A stretch of DNA of 64,000 bases, taken from sequence record NZ_CP010801.1; one strand, written 5' to 3'. Numbering within the stretch: the first letter of the stretch is position 1; each line of letters starts with the position of its first letter. The notes beneath the pieces were generated by a model. That model did no database searches and was not told the origin of the DNA. It saw nothing but the letters and a program-made list of their open reading frames with translations. Of the stretch, positions 24,008-34,286 are shown piece after piece. The stretch comes from a plasmid. The translations under genes were made by a program, and so were the position numbers.

Positions 24008-27000
24008 TCGGCAGCATTCTGAACGGCGCGGTCCGGCTGCGCTGGCTCGTGTTGTTCCTGACGGCGGTGGTGGCGACAGTCGGCGCCTGGCAGCTCAACC
24101 TGCTGCCGATCGACGTCACGCCCGACATCACCAACAAGCAGGTCCAGATCAATACCGTGGTGCCGACGCTCAGCCCGGTGGAGGTTGAGAAACGTGTGAC
24201 CTATCCGATCGAGACCGCGTTGTCCGGCTTGAACGGTGTGGAGAGCACGCGTTCGTTCTCGCGCAACGGCTTCAGCCAGGTCACGGTGATCTTCAAGGAG
24301 AGTGCCAACCTCTACTTCATGCGCCAGCAGGTGTCGGAGCGGCTGGCGCAGGCGCGCCCGAGCCTGCCCGAAGGGGCCGAGCCGCAAATGGGACCGGTAT
24401 CGACCGGCCTGGGTGAGGTGTTCCACTACAGCGTGGAATATGCCCACCCTGATGGCAAAGGCGCAACGATCAAGGATGGGCTGCCCGGCTGGCAGAGCGA
24501 CGGCAGCTTTCTGACGGACCGGGGAGAACGGCTGACCGATCAGGTCTCCAAGCTCGCCTATCTGCGCACGGTGCAGGACTGGATCGTCCGGCCGCAACTG
24601 CGCACCACGCCCGGTGTGGCCGACGTGGATTCCCTGGGCGGCTACGTCAAGCAGTATGTGGTCGAGCCCGACGCGGCCAAGCTGGCGGCCTACGGCATCT
24701 CGTATGCTGAACTGGCGCGGGGGCTGGAAGACGCCAACCTCTCGGTCGGCGCCAACTACATCCGGCGCTCGGGCGAGTCGTATCTCGTGCGCGCGGACGC
24801 CCGCATCCGCTCGGTGGACGAGATTTCACGCGCGGTCATTGCGCAACGGCAGAACGTGCCGATCACGGTCGGCCAGGTTGCTGTCGTCAAGGTCGGGGGC
24901 GAACTGCGCTCCGGGGCAGCCAGCCGCAACGGCTATGAAACTGTGGTCGGCAGTGCGTTGATGCTGGTGGGCGCCAACAGCCGCACGGTGGCGCAAGCGG
25001 TGGGCGACAAGCTCAAGCAGATCGAAAAGACGATGCCGCCGGGCGTGGTGATCGTGCCGACGCTGGACCGCTCGCAACTGGTTGTGGCCACCATCGAAAC
25101 CGTGGCGAAAAATCTGACCGAAGGCGCGTTGCTGGTGGTGGTGATCCTGTTCCTGCTGCTGGGCAACGTGCGGGCGGCGACCATCGCGGCGCTGGTCATT
25201 CCGCTGTCGCTGCTGATCAGCGCAATCGGTATGAACGCGCTGGGCATTTCCGGCAACCTGATGAGCCTGGGCGCACTGGACTTTGGCCTCATCATCGACG
25301 GTGCCGTCATCATCGTCGAGAACACACTGCGCCGGCTGGCCGAACGCCAGCACCGGGAGGGCCGCCTGCTGACGCTGCGCGAACGGCTGGACGAAGTGGT
25401 GCTGTCGTCGCGCGAGATGGTCCGCCCCACGGTCTATGGCCAGCTCGTCATCTTCCTGGTTTTCCTGCCGTGCCTGACCTTCCAGGGCGTCGAGGGCAAG
25501 ATGTTCTCGCCGATGGTCATCACACTGATGCTGGCGCTGGCGTCAGCCTTCGTGCTGTCGCTGACCTTCGTGCCGGCCATGATCGCGGTGCTGATGCGCA
25601 AACAGGTCGCAGAGAAGGAAGTGCGGGTGATCGCGGCCACCAAGCAGCGGTATCGCCCGTGGCTGCAAGCAGCGGTAAGGCGTCCGCTGCCTTTTCTTGG
25701 GGCGGGTGCGCTTACGCTCGCGCTGGCCGCCGTGGCCTTTGCCTTCGTCGGCCGCGAGTTCATGCCGACGTTGGACGAACAGAACCTGAACCTCTCGTCC
25801 GTGCGCATTCCGTCGACGTCGATCGACCAGTCGGTGGCCATCGACTTGCCGCTGGAGCGGGCGGTGATGACGCTGCCGGAAGTGAAGACGGTCTACTCGA
25901 AGGCCGGTACCGCCAGCCTGGCGGCAGACCCGATGCCGCCCAACGCGTCCGACAACTACATCATCCTGAAGCCTAAGGACGAATGGCCGGCGGGGGTGAC
26001 CACCAAGGAACAGGTGATCGAGCGCATCCGCCAGAAGACCGCCGCGATGGTCGGCAACAACTACGACGTGACACAGCCGATCGAGATGCGCTTCAACGAG
26101 CTGATCGGTGGCGTGCGCAGCGACGTGGCTGTGAAGATCTACGGTGAGGATCTGGATGAGCTCGCGGCCACGGCCCAGCGCGTTGCGGCGGTGCTGCGCA
26201 AGACGCCGGGTGCGGCCGACGTACGTGTGCCGCTTACCGGCGGCTTCCCGACCTTCGACATCGTGTTCGACCGGGCCGCGATTGCCCGCTACGGCCTGAC
26301 CGTCAAGGAAGTGGCCGACACGCTGTCGACCGCACTGGCCGGCAAGGCGGCCGGTCAGGTGTTCGATGGCGACCGGCGCTTCGATATCGTGGTCCGCTTG
26401 GCCCGCGAGCAACGCGACAACCTCGATGTGCTTGGCGCGCTGCCGGTCATGCTGCCACAGGCTGATGGCCAACCACGCGCATCGGTACCGCTGCGTCAGT
26501 TGGTGCAATTCCGCTTCACCCAAGGTCTGAACGAAGTGAGCCGCGACAACGGCAAGCGGCGCATCTACGTGGAGGCCAACGTGGGCGAGCGCGACCTGGG
26601 CAGCTTCGTCGACGATGCTGCCAAGCGCATCGCCAACGAGGTCAAGCTGCCGACCGGCTCGTGGATCGAATGGGGCGGGCAGTTCCAGAATCTCCAGGCG
26701 GCGACGAAGCGCCTGGCGATCATCGTGCCGGCGTGCTTCATCCTGATCGCGGCCACGCTCTATCTGGCGATCGGCAGCGCCATGCTGACGGCGACGGTAT
26801 TGACCGCCGTGCCGCTCGCGCTCGCCGGCGGCGTGTTTGCGCTGCTGCTGCGCGGCATGCCGTTCTCGATCTCCGCTGCCGTCGGGTTCATTGCCGTGTC
26901 GGGGGTGGCGGTGCTCAACGGGCTCGTGCTCATCTCGGCCATCCGCAAGCGCCTGAAAGATGGCATGGCGCCCGATGCGGCAGTCGTCGAAGGGGCCATG

Positions 27001-27240
27001 GAACGGGTGCGGCCTGTGCTGATGACGGCGCTGGTTGCCTCGCTCGGCTTCGTGCCGATGGCGATTGCGACGGGTACCGGCGCCGAGGTGCAGAAGCCGC
27101 TGGCGACGGTGGTGATCGGCGGCCTGGTCACCGCCACCGTCCTGACACTGTTCGTGCTACCCGCGCTCTGCGGGCTGGTGTTGCGGCGGCAGGCCCGCCG
27201 CGAGTCGGGTGACCAGGGGGTACTCGAAGCGCAGCCATAA
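24004..27240 (+). CDS. cnrA: heavy-metal-efflux RND pump (HME-RND; CnrA/NccA/CzcA family)
   Basis: 1078 aa with 12-TM RND architecture and two large periplasmic loops. Context (cnrYXH upstream, OMF-MFP) points to the Co/Ni subfamily. Confidence 0.8.
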   Translation: MIGSILNGAVRLRWLVLFLTAVVATVGAWQLNLLPIDVTPDITNKQVQINTVVPTLSPVEVEKRVTYPIETALSGLNGVESTRSFSRNGFSQVTVIFKESANLYFMRQQVSERLAQARPSLPEGAEPQMGPVSTGLGEVFHYSVEYAHPDGKGATIKDGLPGWQSDGSFLTDRGERLTDQVSKLAYLRTVQDWIVRPQLRTTPGVADVDSLGGYVKQYVVEPDAAKLAAYGISYAELARGLEDANLSVGANYIRRSGESYLVRADARIRSVDEISRAVIAQRQNVPITVGQVAVVKVGGELRSGAASRNGYETVVGSALMLVGANSRTVAQAVGDKLKQIEKTMPPGVVIVPTLDRSQLVVATIETVAKNLTEGALLVVVILFLLLGNVRAATIAALVIPLSLLISAIGMNALGISGNLMSLGALDFGLIIDGAVIIVENTLRRLAERQHREGRLLTLRERLDEVVLSSREMVRPTVYGQLVIFLVFLPCLTFQGVEGKMFSPMVITLMLALASAFVLSLTFVPAMIAVLMRKQVAEKEVRVIAATKQRYRPWLQAAVRRPLPFLGAGALTLALAAVAFAFVGREFMPTLDEQNLNLSSVRIPSTSIDQSVAIDLPLERAVMTLPEVKTVYSKAGTASLAADPMPPNASDNYIILKPKDEWPAGVTTKEQVIERIRQKTAAMVGNNYDVTQPIEMRFNELIGGVRSDVAVKIYGEDLDELAATAQRVAAVLRKTPGAADVRVPLTGGFPTFDIVFDRAAIARYGLTVKEVADTLSTALAGKAAGQVFDGDRRFDIVVRLAREQRDNLDVLGALPVMLPQADGQPRASVPLRQLVQFRFTQGLNEVSRDNGKRRIYVEANVGERDLGSFVDDAAKRIANEVKLPTGSWIEWGGQFQNLQAATKRLAIIVPACFILIAATLYLAIGSAMLTATVLTAVPLALAGGVFALLLRGMPFSISAAVGFIAVSGVAVLNGLVLISAIRKRLKDGMAPDAAVVEGAMERVRPVLMTALVASLGFVPMAIATGTGAEVQKPLATVVIGGLVTATVLTLFVLPALCGLVLRRQARRESGDQGVLEAQP

Positions 27241-27313
27241 CGGGGGGCAGCCGTATTGATGTAGCGATCTCTACATCATTGCAGCGTCGCATACGGCAAT
27301 CTAAGCTGCCGTC

Positions 27314-28279
27314 ATGACTGCCCCTCTCGATTCCTGGCTCCTGCTGATCGTCAGCCTGCCAACCGCGAGCGCAACCGCGCGCATGCGCGTCTGGCGCGCG
27401 CTCAAGGCGCTGGGCTGTGCCGCCCTGCGCGACGGCGCCTACTTATTGCCTGCCCACGCGGAACAAGCCCCCCAGTTGCGCGAGTTGGCCGACGAAGTCG
27501 TACGGGAAAACGGCCAAGCCTGGCTGCTGCACGTCCAGGCCCCAGGGCCGGATGAGGCGGCGATCTATCAGGCCCTATTCGACCGCACCCCTGATTACAC
27601 GGACTGGTTGGCCGAGCTGTCGGATGCCCGCAAGACGCTCCCCGGCCTGGCCGCGGCGGAACTCAACCGCCTGCACCGTCGGCACGCCCGCACCTATGAG
27701 GCCATCCGCAAGATCGACTTCTTCCCCAACGAGGCGTCGATCCGTGCGCAGGCGCAGTGGCGGGACTTTGCGGGCGCCGTCACTGCCGTTCAATCGCCGG
27801 GTGAGCCGCATGCGGCCGCCGGCAGCATCCCGCGCCGCGACCCTGCGCAGTATCAGGGCCGTATGTGGGCCACACGCCAGCATCTGTGGGTCGATCGCGT
27901 TGCCAGCGCCTGGCTGATCCAGCGCTTCATCGATCCGCACGCGCGCTTTCTCTGGCTGGAGAGCCCCGCCGATTGCCCGGCAGATGCGCTGGGCTTCGAC
28001 TTTGACGGTGCGACCTTCACGCACGTCGGCGACCGGGTGTCGTTCGAGGTGCTGCTCGCCAGCTTCGGCCTGGACGGCAATCACGGGCTCGCCCGGCTCG
28101 GCGCGGTCGTGCACGCGCTGGACGTGGGCGGCACCACCGTGCCGGAAGCTGGCGGCTTCGAAGCCATCCTGGCCGGCGCTCGCAAACGACTGGCCGATGA
28201 CGACGCGCTGCTGACAGAGATCGGCAGTGTGCTCGATTCCCTCTATGCCCACTTCTCCGGCAGCCGCAAACCAAGCTGA
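27314..28279 (+). CDS. chrB: chromate resistance regulator ChrB
   Basis: ~320 aa; RVASAWLIQRFIDPHARFLWLESP is the conserved ChrB C-terminal domain; lies directly 5' of a CHR-family transporter gene. Confidence 0.65.
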   Translation: MTAPLDSWLLLIVSLPTASATARMRVWRALKALGCAALRDGAYLLPAHAEQAPQLRELADEVVRENGQAWLLHVQAPGPDEAAIYQALFDRTPDYTDWLAELSDARKTLPGLAAAELNRLHRRHARTYEAIRKIDFFPNEASIRAQAQWRDFAGAVTAVQSPGEPHAAAGSIPRRDPAQYQGRMWATRQHLWVDRVASAWLIQRFIDPHARFLWLESPADCPADALGFDFDGATFTHVGDRVSFEVLLASFGLDGNHGLARLGAVVHALDVGGTTVPEAGGFEAILAGARKRLADDDALLTEIGSVLDSLYAHFSGSRKPS

Positions 28280-28294
28280 CTTCACTGCACAACC

Positions 28295-29503
28295 ATGATG
28301 AACACGACCCCATCCACCGCGCCCACGCCACCGCAGCCTCACCACGAACGCCCGTCCTACACGCTCTGGCAACTGGTGCTGTATTTTGTGCGGCTCGGCA
28401 CCCTGGGCTTCGGCGGCCCCGTGGCGCTGGCCGGCTATATGCGCCGCGACTTGGTGGACGCGAAGCAATGGATCACCGAGGCTGACTACAAGGAAGGCCT
28501 CGCGCTTGCACAGTTGGCACCCGGCCCATTGGCCGCGCAATTGGCGATTTACCTCGGCTATGTGCATTACCGCATCCTCGGGGCAACGCTGATCGGCATC
28601 GCCTTCGTGCTGCCGTCGTTCCTGATGGTGGTGGCGCTGGGGTGGGCTTATGTGCGCTTCGGCGGCCTGACCTGGATGCAGTCGGTGTTCTACGGGGTCG
28701 GTGCGGCCGTGATCGGCATCATCGCCATCAGCGCTTACAAGCTGACGACCAAGAGCGTTGGCAAGGACAAGCTGCTGTGGGCGGTCTACCTGGTGCTGGC
28801 GGCCGTCACCGTCATCACGGAATCGGAAGTGGCCTGGCTGTTCCTGGCCGGCGGTGTGCTCGTCTGGTTCTGGCGCGCACCGCCCAAGTGGGTACGTCAG
28901 GGCAAGGTGAATGCGCTGGCCGCGACACCGCTGCCGGCGGCCAGCGGCATCTTCAGCTCAATCGACTGGCCGCTGCTGTCGCAGATCGGCGTGTTCTTTG
29001 CCAAAGCGGGCGCCTTCGTGTTTGGCTCGGGCCTGGCCATCGTGCCATTCCTCTATGGCGGCGTGGTCACCGAACACCACTGGCTCAACGATAAACAGTT
29101 CGTCGATGCGGTGGCCGTGGCAATGATCACGCCGGGGCCGGTGGTCATCACGGTGGGCTTCATCGGCTACCTGATCGCGGGCCTGCCCGGCGCTTGCGTA
29201 GCAGCGGCTGGCACGTTCTTGCCGTGCTACCTGTTCACCATCCTGCCGGCGCCGTACTTCAAGAAGTACGGCAAGCTGCCCGCCATCCTGGCGTTTGTCG
29301 ACGGTGTCACAGCCGCCGCCGTGGGTGCCATTACCGGCGCGGTGATCGTGCTGGCCAAGCGCTCCATCGTCGATGTGCCGACGGTGTTGCTGGCGCTGGT
29401 GACGGTCGCGCTGCTGCTCAAGTTCAAGAAGCTGACGGAGCCGGTGATCGTGGCCGGCGCCGCGTTGATCGGCCTGGCGGTGTATCCACTGCTCCACCAC
29501 TGA
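28295..29503 (+). CDS. chrA: chromate ion transporter ChrA (CHR family)
   Basis: Two CHR repeats: LGTLGFGGPVALAGYMRRDLV... and GSGLAIVPFLYGGVV...; 402 aa polytopic. Confidence 0.8.
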   Translation: MMNTTPSTAPTPPQPHHERPSYTLWQLVLYFVRLGTLGFGGPVALAGYMRRDLVDAKQWITEADYKEGLALAQLAPGPLAAQLAIYLGYVHYRILGATLIGIAFVLPSFLMVVALGWAYVRFGGLTWMQSVFYGVGAAVIGIIAISAYKLTTKSVGKDKLLWAVYLVLAAVTVITESEVAWLFLAGGVLVWFWRAPPKWVRQGKVNALAATPLPAASGIFSSIDWPLLSQIGVFFAKAGAFVFGSGLAIVPFLYGGVVTEHHWLNDKQFVDAVAVAMITPGPVVITVGFIGYLIAGLPGACVAAAGTFLPCYLFTILPAPYFKKYGKLPAILAFVDGVTAAAVGAITGAVIVLAKRSIVDVPTVLLALVTVALLLKFKKLTEPVIVAGAALIGLAVYPLLHH

Positions 29504-29519
29504 ATCGGGCGAGACGACC

Positions 29520-30110
29520 ATGACTACCCAAATGAAGCCGCTGGCATGCGATCCGACCAAGCTGTCCGGCTTGTCGGAGAAGCTGATCGCCAGCCACTAC
29601 GAGAACAACTACGGCGGCGCCGTGAAGCGCCTGAATGCCATCGCGGCGGCGTTTGCGGCGCTCGATGTGACCACGGCTGCGGGGTTCGTGCTCAACGGCC
29701 TCAAGCGTGAAGAGCTGATCGCCACGAACTCCATGATCCTGCACGAGGTGTACTTCGACAGCCTTGGGGATGGCGGGCCGTTGGGGGGCAACCTGAAGGT
29801 TGCCATCGAACGCGATTTCGGCTCGGTCGAGCGCTGGCAGGCCGAATTCACAGCGATGGGCAAGGCGCTTGGCGGCGGCTCCGGCTGGGTGTTGCTGACC
29901 TACTCGCCGCGTGATGGGCGGCTCGTCAACCAGTGGGCAGCGGACCACACCCATACGCTGGCCGGCGGCACGCCAATCCTGGCGCTCGACATGTACGAGC
30001 ACGCGTACCACATGGACTACGGCGCCAAGGCCGCGGCCTATGTCGACGCGTTCATGCAGAACGTGCACTGGGCGCGCGTCGCCGAGCGTCTGGCCACCGT
30101 GCAGCGGTAG
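29520..30110 (+). CDS. chrC: Fe/Mn-family superoxide dismutase (ChrC-like)
   Basis: LIASHYENNYGGAV, DMYEHAYHMDYG and WVLLTYS are SOD Fe/Mn motifs; sits in the chr cluster. Confidence 0.8.
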   Translation: MTTQMKPLACDPTKLSGLSEKLIASHYENNYGGAVKRLNAIAAAFAALDVTTAAGFVLNGLKREELIATNSMILHEVYFDSLGDGGPLGGNLKVAIERDFGSVERWQAEFTAMGKALGGGSGWVLLTYSPRDGRLVNQWAADHTHTLAGGTPILALDMYEHAYHMDYGAKAAAYVDAFMQNVHWARVAERLATVQR

Positions 30111-30145
30111 TGCCTTTCCATCAACTAATCGCAGCGGAGGTTGTC

Positions 30146-30607
30146 ATGCAGTGGATTACGCGCGAGCGCCCCAAGATCGATCGCATTGCCTGTCCCTGGC
30201 TGATCGCCCGCTTCATCGATGAGACGCCGGAGTTCCTCTATGTACCGTCGGGCGATGTGGTGCGCATCGCCAACGAACGTGGTGCGATTCCGTACGACAT
30301 CCCTGGTGTGGAGCTTACGCATGTCGGCGAGCTGTGCAGCTTCGACGCCTTCCTCAACAAGTACCGCCTCGGCCAGGACGCCGCGCTGCAGCAGTTGGCC
30401 CGCATCGTGCGCGGCGCGGATACGTCGCGGCTGGACCTGACGCCGCAGTCCAGCGGGCTGTATGCCATCTCGCTCGGACTCTCGCAGGTGTATGCCGACG
30501 ACCACGAGATGCTGGAGCACGGGCTGGTGATGTACGACGCCCTCTATGCGTGGTGCCAACGCTGCCAGGCCGAGACGCACAAGTGGCCTCCCAAGATGCC
30601 GGCCTGA
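30146..30607 (+). CDS. ChrB C-terminal-domain paralog (ChrE/ChrF-like, 153 aa)
   Basis: RPKIDRIACPWLIARFIDETPEFLYVP parallels the ChrB segment RVASAWLIQRFIDPHARFLWLE. Confidence 0.5.
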   Translation: MQWITRERPKIDRIACPWLIARFIDETPEFLYVPSGDVVRIANERGAIPYDIPGVELTHVGELCSFDAFLNKYRLGQDAALQQLARIVRGADTSRLDLTPQSSGLYAISLGLSQVYADDHEMLEHGLVMYDALYAWCQRCQAETHKWPPKMPA

Positions 30608-30627
30608 ACCGGCCAAGGAGACGAGCG

Positions 30628-31242
30628 ATGAAGCGGACCCTGCTGATGCCTTGGCTGCTGTTGTTGGCCATGCCGGCGACAGGAGAAACGATCCTGTTCA
30701 CCCAGGACAAGCCTGGCGCATTGCCTGCGGGATGGGTGGCTGGCGTCACCGGCCACGGCACGCCCAGATGGACCGTTGAGGCGGACGCTGCCGGCACCAA
30801 CGTGCTCAAGCAGTCTGGCTCCGGCGATTTCCCGTGGTGCGTGAAACAGGGTACCGCCGTCGCCGACGGGTTCGTCGAGGTGAAGTTCAAGCCTGTCGCT
30901 GGTCATGAAGATCAGGCCGGGGGCGTCGTCTGGCGCTGGAAGGACGGCAACGATTACTACGTCGCGCGCGCGAACGCGCTGGAGAACAACGTCTCGCTGT
31001 ACTACACGACGGGTGGTCACCGGCACACGCTTCGCTACCAGGATGCGCCGGTTGCCGCGCAGGCCTGGCATACGTTGCGGGTGGAATTCGCGGGCGATCG
31101 CATTCAGGTATCGCTGGATGGCAAGCGCTACATCGACGTGACGGACGATCACATCCGCGGTACCGGCGCGGTTGGGGTCTGGACCAAGGCCGACAGCGTG
31201 ACCCTGTTCGACGCGTTCTCGTACGGCACCACCGCGAAGTAA
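30628..31242 (+). CDS. exported hypothetical protein (204 aa)
   Basis: Signal peptide MKRTLLMPWLLLLAMPATG; RBS AAGGAGACGAGCG. Confidence 0.5.
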   Translation: MKRTLLMPWLLLLAMPATGETILFTQDKPGALPAGWVAGVTGHGTPRWTVEADAAGTNVLKQSGSGDFPWCVKQGTAVADGFVEVKFKPVAGHEDQAGGVVWRWKDGNDYYVARANALENNVSLYYTTGGHRHTLRYQDAPVAAQAWHTLRVEFAGDRIQVSLDGKRYIDVTDDHIRGTGAVGVWTKADSVTLFDAFSYGTTAK

Positions 31243-31260
31243 TACAGAGAGGAGAAAGAA

Positions 31261-31665
31261 GTGAATTTCAAGTCGGAAGTGGGCGGGACCAAAGGCCGGT
31301 TGCCATGCGCAATTGTCTGGGCTGGAATCGCGATGCTATGTACCACCACTTCGGTGCTGGCCGATGAAGGTTTCAAGCACCTGAGCGGTGCTGAACTCAA
31401 GAAGGCGATCGTTGGCAAGACCATCACTGATGGCACCCACTGGTCGGACAAGTTCAAGCCCGACGGCACGGTCGAATCCGTCATGCACGGACAGGTCCTA
31501 GGCGGCCGCTGGCGCGTGCGGGGCGGCGAGTTGTGCATTGCCGATTCCAACGGCAAGGGCAAGCCCCAGGCCGAGGATTGCTTCGAAGTCTGGCGCCATG
31601 GCCACGCAATCGAATATCGGCGCAATGGAAACGGCTTTGCGCAGGGGGATTTGGTCAACAGATGA
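31261..31665 (+). CDS. exported hypothetical protein (134 aa, GTG start)
   Basis: Hydrophobic N-terminus CAIVWAGIAMLCTTTSVLA; GAGGAGAAAG RBS. Confidence 0.4.
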   Translation: MNFKSEVGGTKGRLPCAIVWAGIAMLCTTTSVLADEGFKHLSGAELKKAIVGKTITDGTHWSDKFKPDGTVESVMHGQVLGGRWRVRGGELCIADSNGKGKPQAEDCFEVWRHGHAIEYRRNGNGFAQGDLVNR

Positions 31666-31681
31666 CGTATCGGAGCCCACC

Positions 31682-31987
31682 ATGTCGAATGACGCCCAGC
31701 AGCTCGCTGCAATCGTTCTCGCCTGTTCATTAGCCTTCGCGATCGCCGGCTGCAAGAAGAACCCGTTTGGCGAGCGCAGCAGCGAGGTCGTCGGTATTGC
31801 GCAAGTCCCGGCGCCAGTCAAAGCGACGATTGATCGGCAGGCGGGCGGGCGGGCGATCGGCGAAATCGAGAAGCAGACGCAGAACGGCCGGGTCCGCTAC
31901 GAGGTCACGCTCGGCAGTGGAAGCGACAAGTCCACCGTGCTCATCGGCCAAGACGGTCAGCAAATCGCCGACGAAGACGATGACTGA
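31682..31987 (+). CDS. small lipoprotein (101 aa)
   Basis: Lipobox LAFAIAGCKK; acidic tail. Confidence 0.45.
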   Translation: MSNDAQQLAAIVLACSLAFAIAGCKKNPFGERSSEVVGIAQVPAPVKATIDRQAGGRAIGEIEKQTQNGRVRYEVTLGSGSDKSTVLIGQDGQQIADEDDD

Positions 31988-33248
31988 GGCTGTACATCAC
32001 GGCCTGGCATCTGCCGTGGCCGCCACCCGGGGCCGGCTCACACGCTGGCTTCTGCCGTCGGGCGTTGATGCAGGTGCCTGGTTCATCCTTGTCGGCCGGG
32101 CACTGCGCGGTTTTTGCGACGGCTACATCGCCGTGCTGTTGCCGGCATACCTGCTGGCGCTCGGGCTCACCCAGTGGGCCGTCGGGCTCGTTAGCAGCGC
32201 CACGCTGATCGGCTCGGCGCTGGCAACGATTCTGGTCGGCATGCTCGGCAGTCGCTTTGCGCCGCGCCGCCTCCTGATGCTGGCGGCCGCCTTGATGGCG
32301 GCGACCGGCGTGGGCTTTGCCGGGCTCTCCGATCTCTGGCCGCTGCTGGCCATCGCCTTTGTCGGCACGCTCAACCCCAGTTCAGGCGATGTCAGTGTGT
32401 TCCTCCCGCTGGAGCAGGCGCGTCTGGCGGAATCGGCTTTGCCCGATGCCCGTACCGCGCTCTTCGCCCGCTACAGCCTGATCGGGGCGTTTTCCGCCGC
32501 CATCGGTGCCTTGGCCGCAGCCCTGCCTGGCTGGCTCGCTACGCATAGCGGCCTGTCTTTCCTGGCGGCGATGCGAGCGATGTTCTTCGTCTACGCATTG
32601 ATCGGTGTCGCACTCTGGGTGCTCTATGCGCGTCTGCCTCTGCATCAGCCGCAATCAGGCGGGGCTGCAACTCCACTGGGGCCTTCGCGCGGCATCGTGA
32701 TCCGGCTGGCGCTGCTTTTCAGCGTGGATGCGTTTGCGGGCGGCCTGGTGGTCAACGCACTGCTATCGCTGTGGCTGATGCAGCGTTTTGGCCTTTCGCC
32801 CGGGGCCGCAGGCCAGTTCTTCTTCTTTGCGGGGCTGCTGACGACGGCGTCCCAGCTCGTCGCCGTGCCCCTCGCGCGCAAGATCGGCTTGCTCAACACG
32901 ATGGTGTTCACGCATATCCCGTCCAGCCTCTGCCTGATCGCGGCGGCGTTCGCGCCGTCGCTGGCCTTGACCCTGGGGCTGCTGCTCGTGCGCAGCGCGC
33001 TCTCCCAAATGGATGTGCCGACCCGAACGGCCTACGTGATGGCGGTGGTGACGCCGCCCGAGCGCACCGCCGCGGCAAGCCTGACCTCGGTTCCCAGAAG
33101 CCTGGCCGCTGCCATCAGCCCGACACTGGCCAGCGCGATGCTCGCCGCCGGCTGGATTGGCGCACCGTTGGTGGCCTGCGGCGTCCTGAAAATTGTCTAC
33201 GACCTCGCCATCCTGCGCGGATTTCGGCGCGTCGAACCGCTCAACTGA
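31980..33248 (+). CDS. MFS transporter
   Basis: ~12 hydrophobic segments, G/A/L-rich; ATGACTGA overlap with the upstream stop. Confidence 0.6.
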   Translation: MTEAVHHGLASAVAATRGRLTRWLLPSGVDAGAWFILVGRALRGFCDGYIAVLLPAYLLALGLTQWAVGLVSSATLIGSALATILVGMLGSRFAPRRLLMLAAALMAATGVGFAGLSDLWPLLAIAFVGTLNPSSGDVSVFLPLEQARLAESALPDARTALFARYSLIGAFSAAIGALAAALPGWLATHSGLSFLAAMRAMFFVYALIGVALWVLYARLPLHQPQSGGAATPLGPSRGIVIRLALLFSVDAFAGGLVVNALLSLWLMQRFGLSPGAAGQFFFFAGLLTTASQLVAVPLARKIGLLNTMVFTHIPSSLCLIAAAFAPSLALTLGLLLVRSALSQMDVPTRTAYVMAVVTPPERTAAASLTSVPRSLAAAISPTLASAMLAAGWIGAPLVACGVLKIVYDLAILRGFRRVEPLN

Positions 33249-33291
33249 CCGAGGCGTTTCCCCGTCCCCCCCCCAACCCTTGGAGTATGAA

Positions 33292-34227
33292 ATGGCTTTG
33301 CGAACACCGATTGCTCTTGCCCTGGCTGCAACCGTCAGCGTCTGTGCCATCGCCCACGCGGCGTCGCCCGCGCAGCGAGCCGCCCTGGATACCGCTCGCA
33401 TCGAACAGGTCACCGGCCTGAAGGGCAGCTTCTCCGAGCGGGAGAACGTCTTCAAGGTGTCGAAGCCGCGCAACGATGTCCCCATCCAAGTGGACGGCGT
33501 GGCCATGCCGCCCTTCATGGGACTGACCTCCTGGGCGGCGTTCACGCCAGCCCATGACGGCCACGCCATGCTGATGGGCGACACCGTGCTCTTCGAGGAT
33601 GAGGTGAACCCGGCCATGAGCGCGGCACTCGACGCCGGGCTGGAGGTCACGGCACTGCACAACCACTTCTTCTTCGACCGGCCTCGGGTGTATTTCATGC
33701 ATATCGGCGGCATGGGCGACCCGGCCGAACTCGCCGCTGGCGTAAAGAAGGTCTACGACAAAATCGCCGAGATTCGTGCGGCGAACCCAGCTCCCGGGAC
33801 GGCGTTTCCCGGCAAGATCGCCAGCGAGAACAAGATCACGCCGGCGCCCTTGGACGCCATTTTTGGGACGAAGGGGCAAGCCAGCAATGGCATGTTCAAG
33901 GTCGTGATCGGTGCCAAGGGCACCATGCACGGTGTGTCCTTCGGCAATGAAATGGGGCTGAACACCTGGGCCGCGTTTGCCGGCACCGATGACGAGGCCG
34001 TGGTGGATGGTGACTTCGCGATGCGCGAAGACGAGCTGCAGCCCGTGCTGAAGTCGATGCGGGCCGATGGCATCAACATCGTGGCCATTCACCAGCACAT
34101 GACGCACGAGCAGCCGCGCTACATGTTCCTGCACTACTGGGGCAAGGGCAAAGCGGTCGACCTGGCAAAGGGCGTGAAGAAAGCCCTGGACGCGCAGGCC
34201 AGCGTGCACAAATCAGTGATGCGGTGA
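33292..34227 (+). CDS. exported protein with internal domain duplication (DUF1259-like)
   Basis: Signal peptide, then two homologous halves (...LFEDEVNPAMSAALDAGLEVTALHNHFFFDRPRVYFMHIGGMG... / ...AMREDELQPVLKSMRADGINIVAIHQHMTHEQPRYMFLHYWGKG...). Confidence 0.45.
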   Translation: MALRTPIALALAATVSVCAIAHAASPAQRAALDTARIEQVTGLKGSFSERENVFKVSKPRNDVPIQVDGVAMPPFMGLTSWAAFTPAHDGHAMLMGDTVLFEDEVNPAMSAALDAGLEVTALHNHFFFDRPRVYFMHIGGMGDPAELAAGVKKVYDKIAEIRAANPAPGTAFPGKIASENKITPAPLDAIFGTKGQASNGMFKVVIGAKGTMHGVSFGNEMGLNTWAAFAGTDDEAVVDGDFAMREDELQPVLKSMRADGINIVAIHQHMTHEQPRYMFLHYWGKGKAVDLAKGVKKALDAQASVHKSVMR

Positions 34228-34286
34228 GCGCGGGCCAGCATGTCCGGTCCCCGCGCTTGTCTGCGGTCCTCAAAACTTTGAGAGCC

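Noticed and set aside
27240-27314. Presence of cnrT or chrI between the RND pump and chrB
   Set aside because: Only 74 bp separate the two genes, so no such ORF can exist here.
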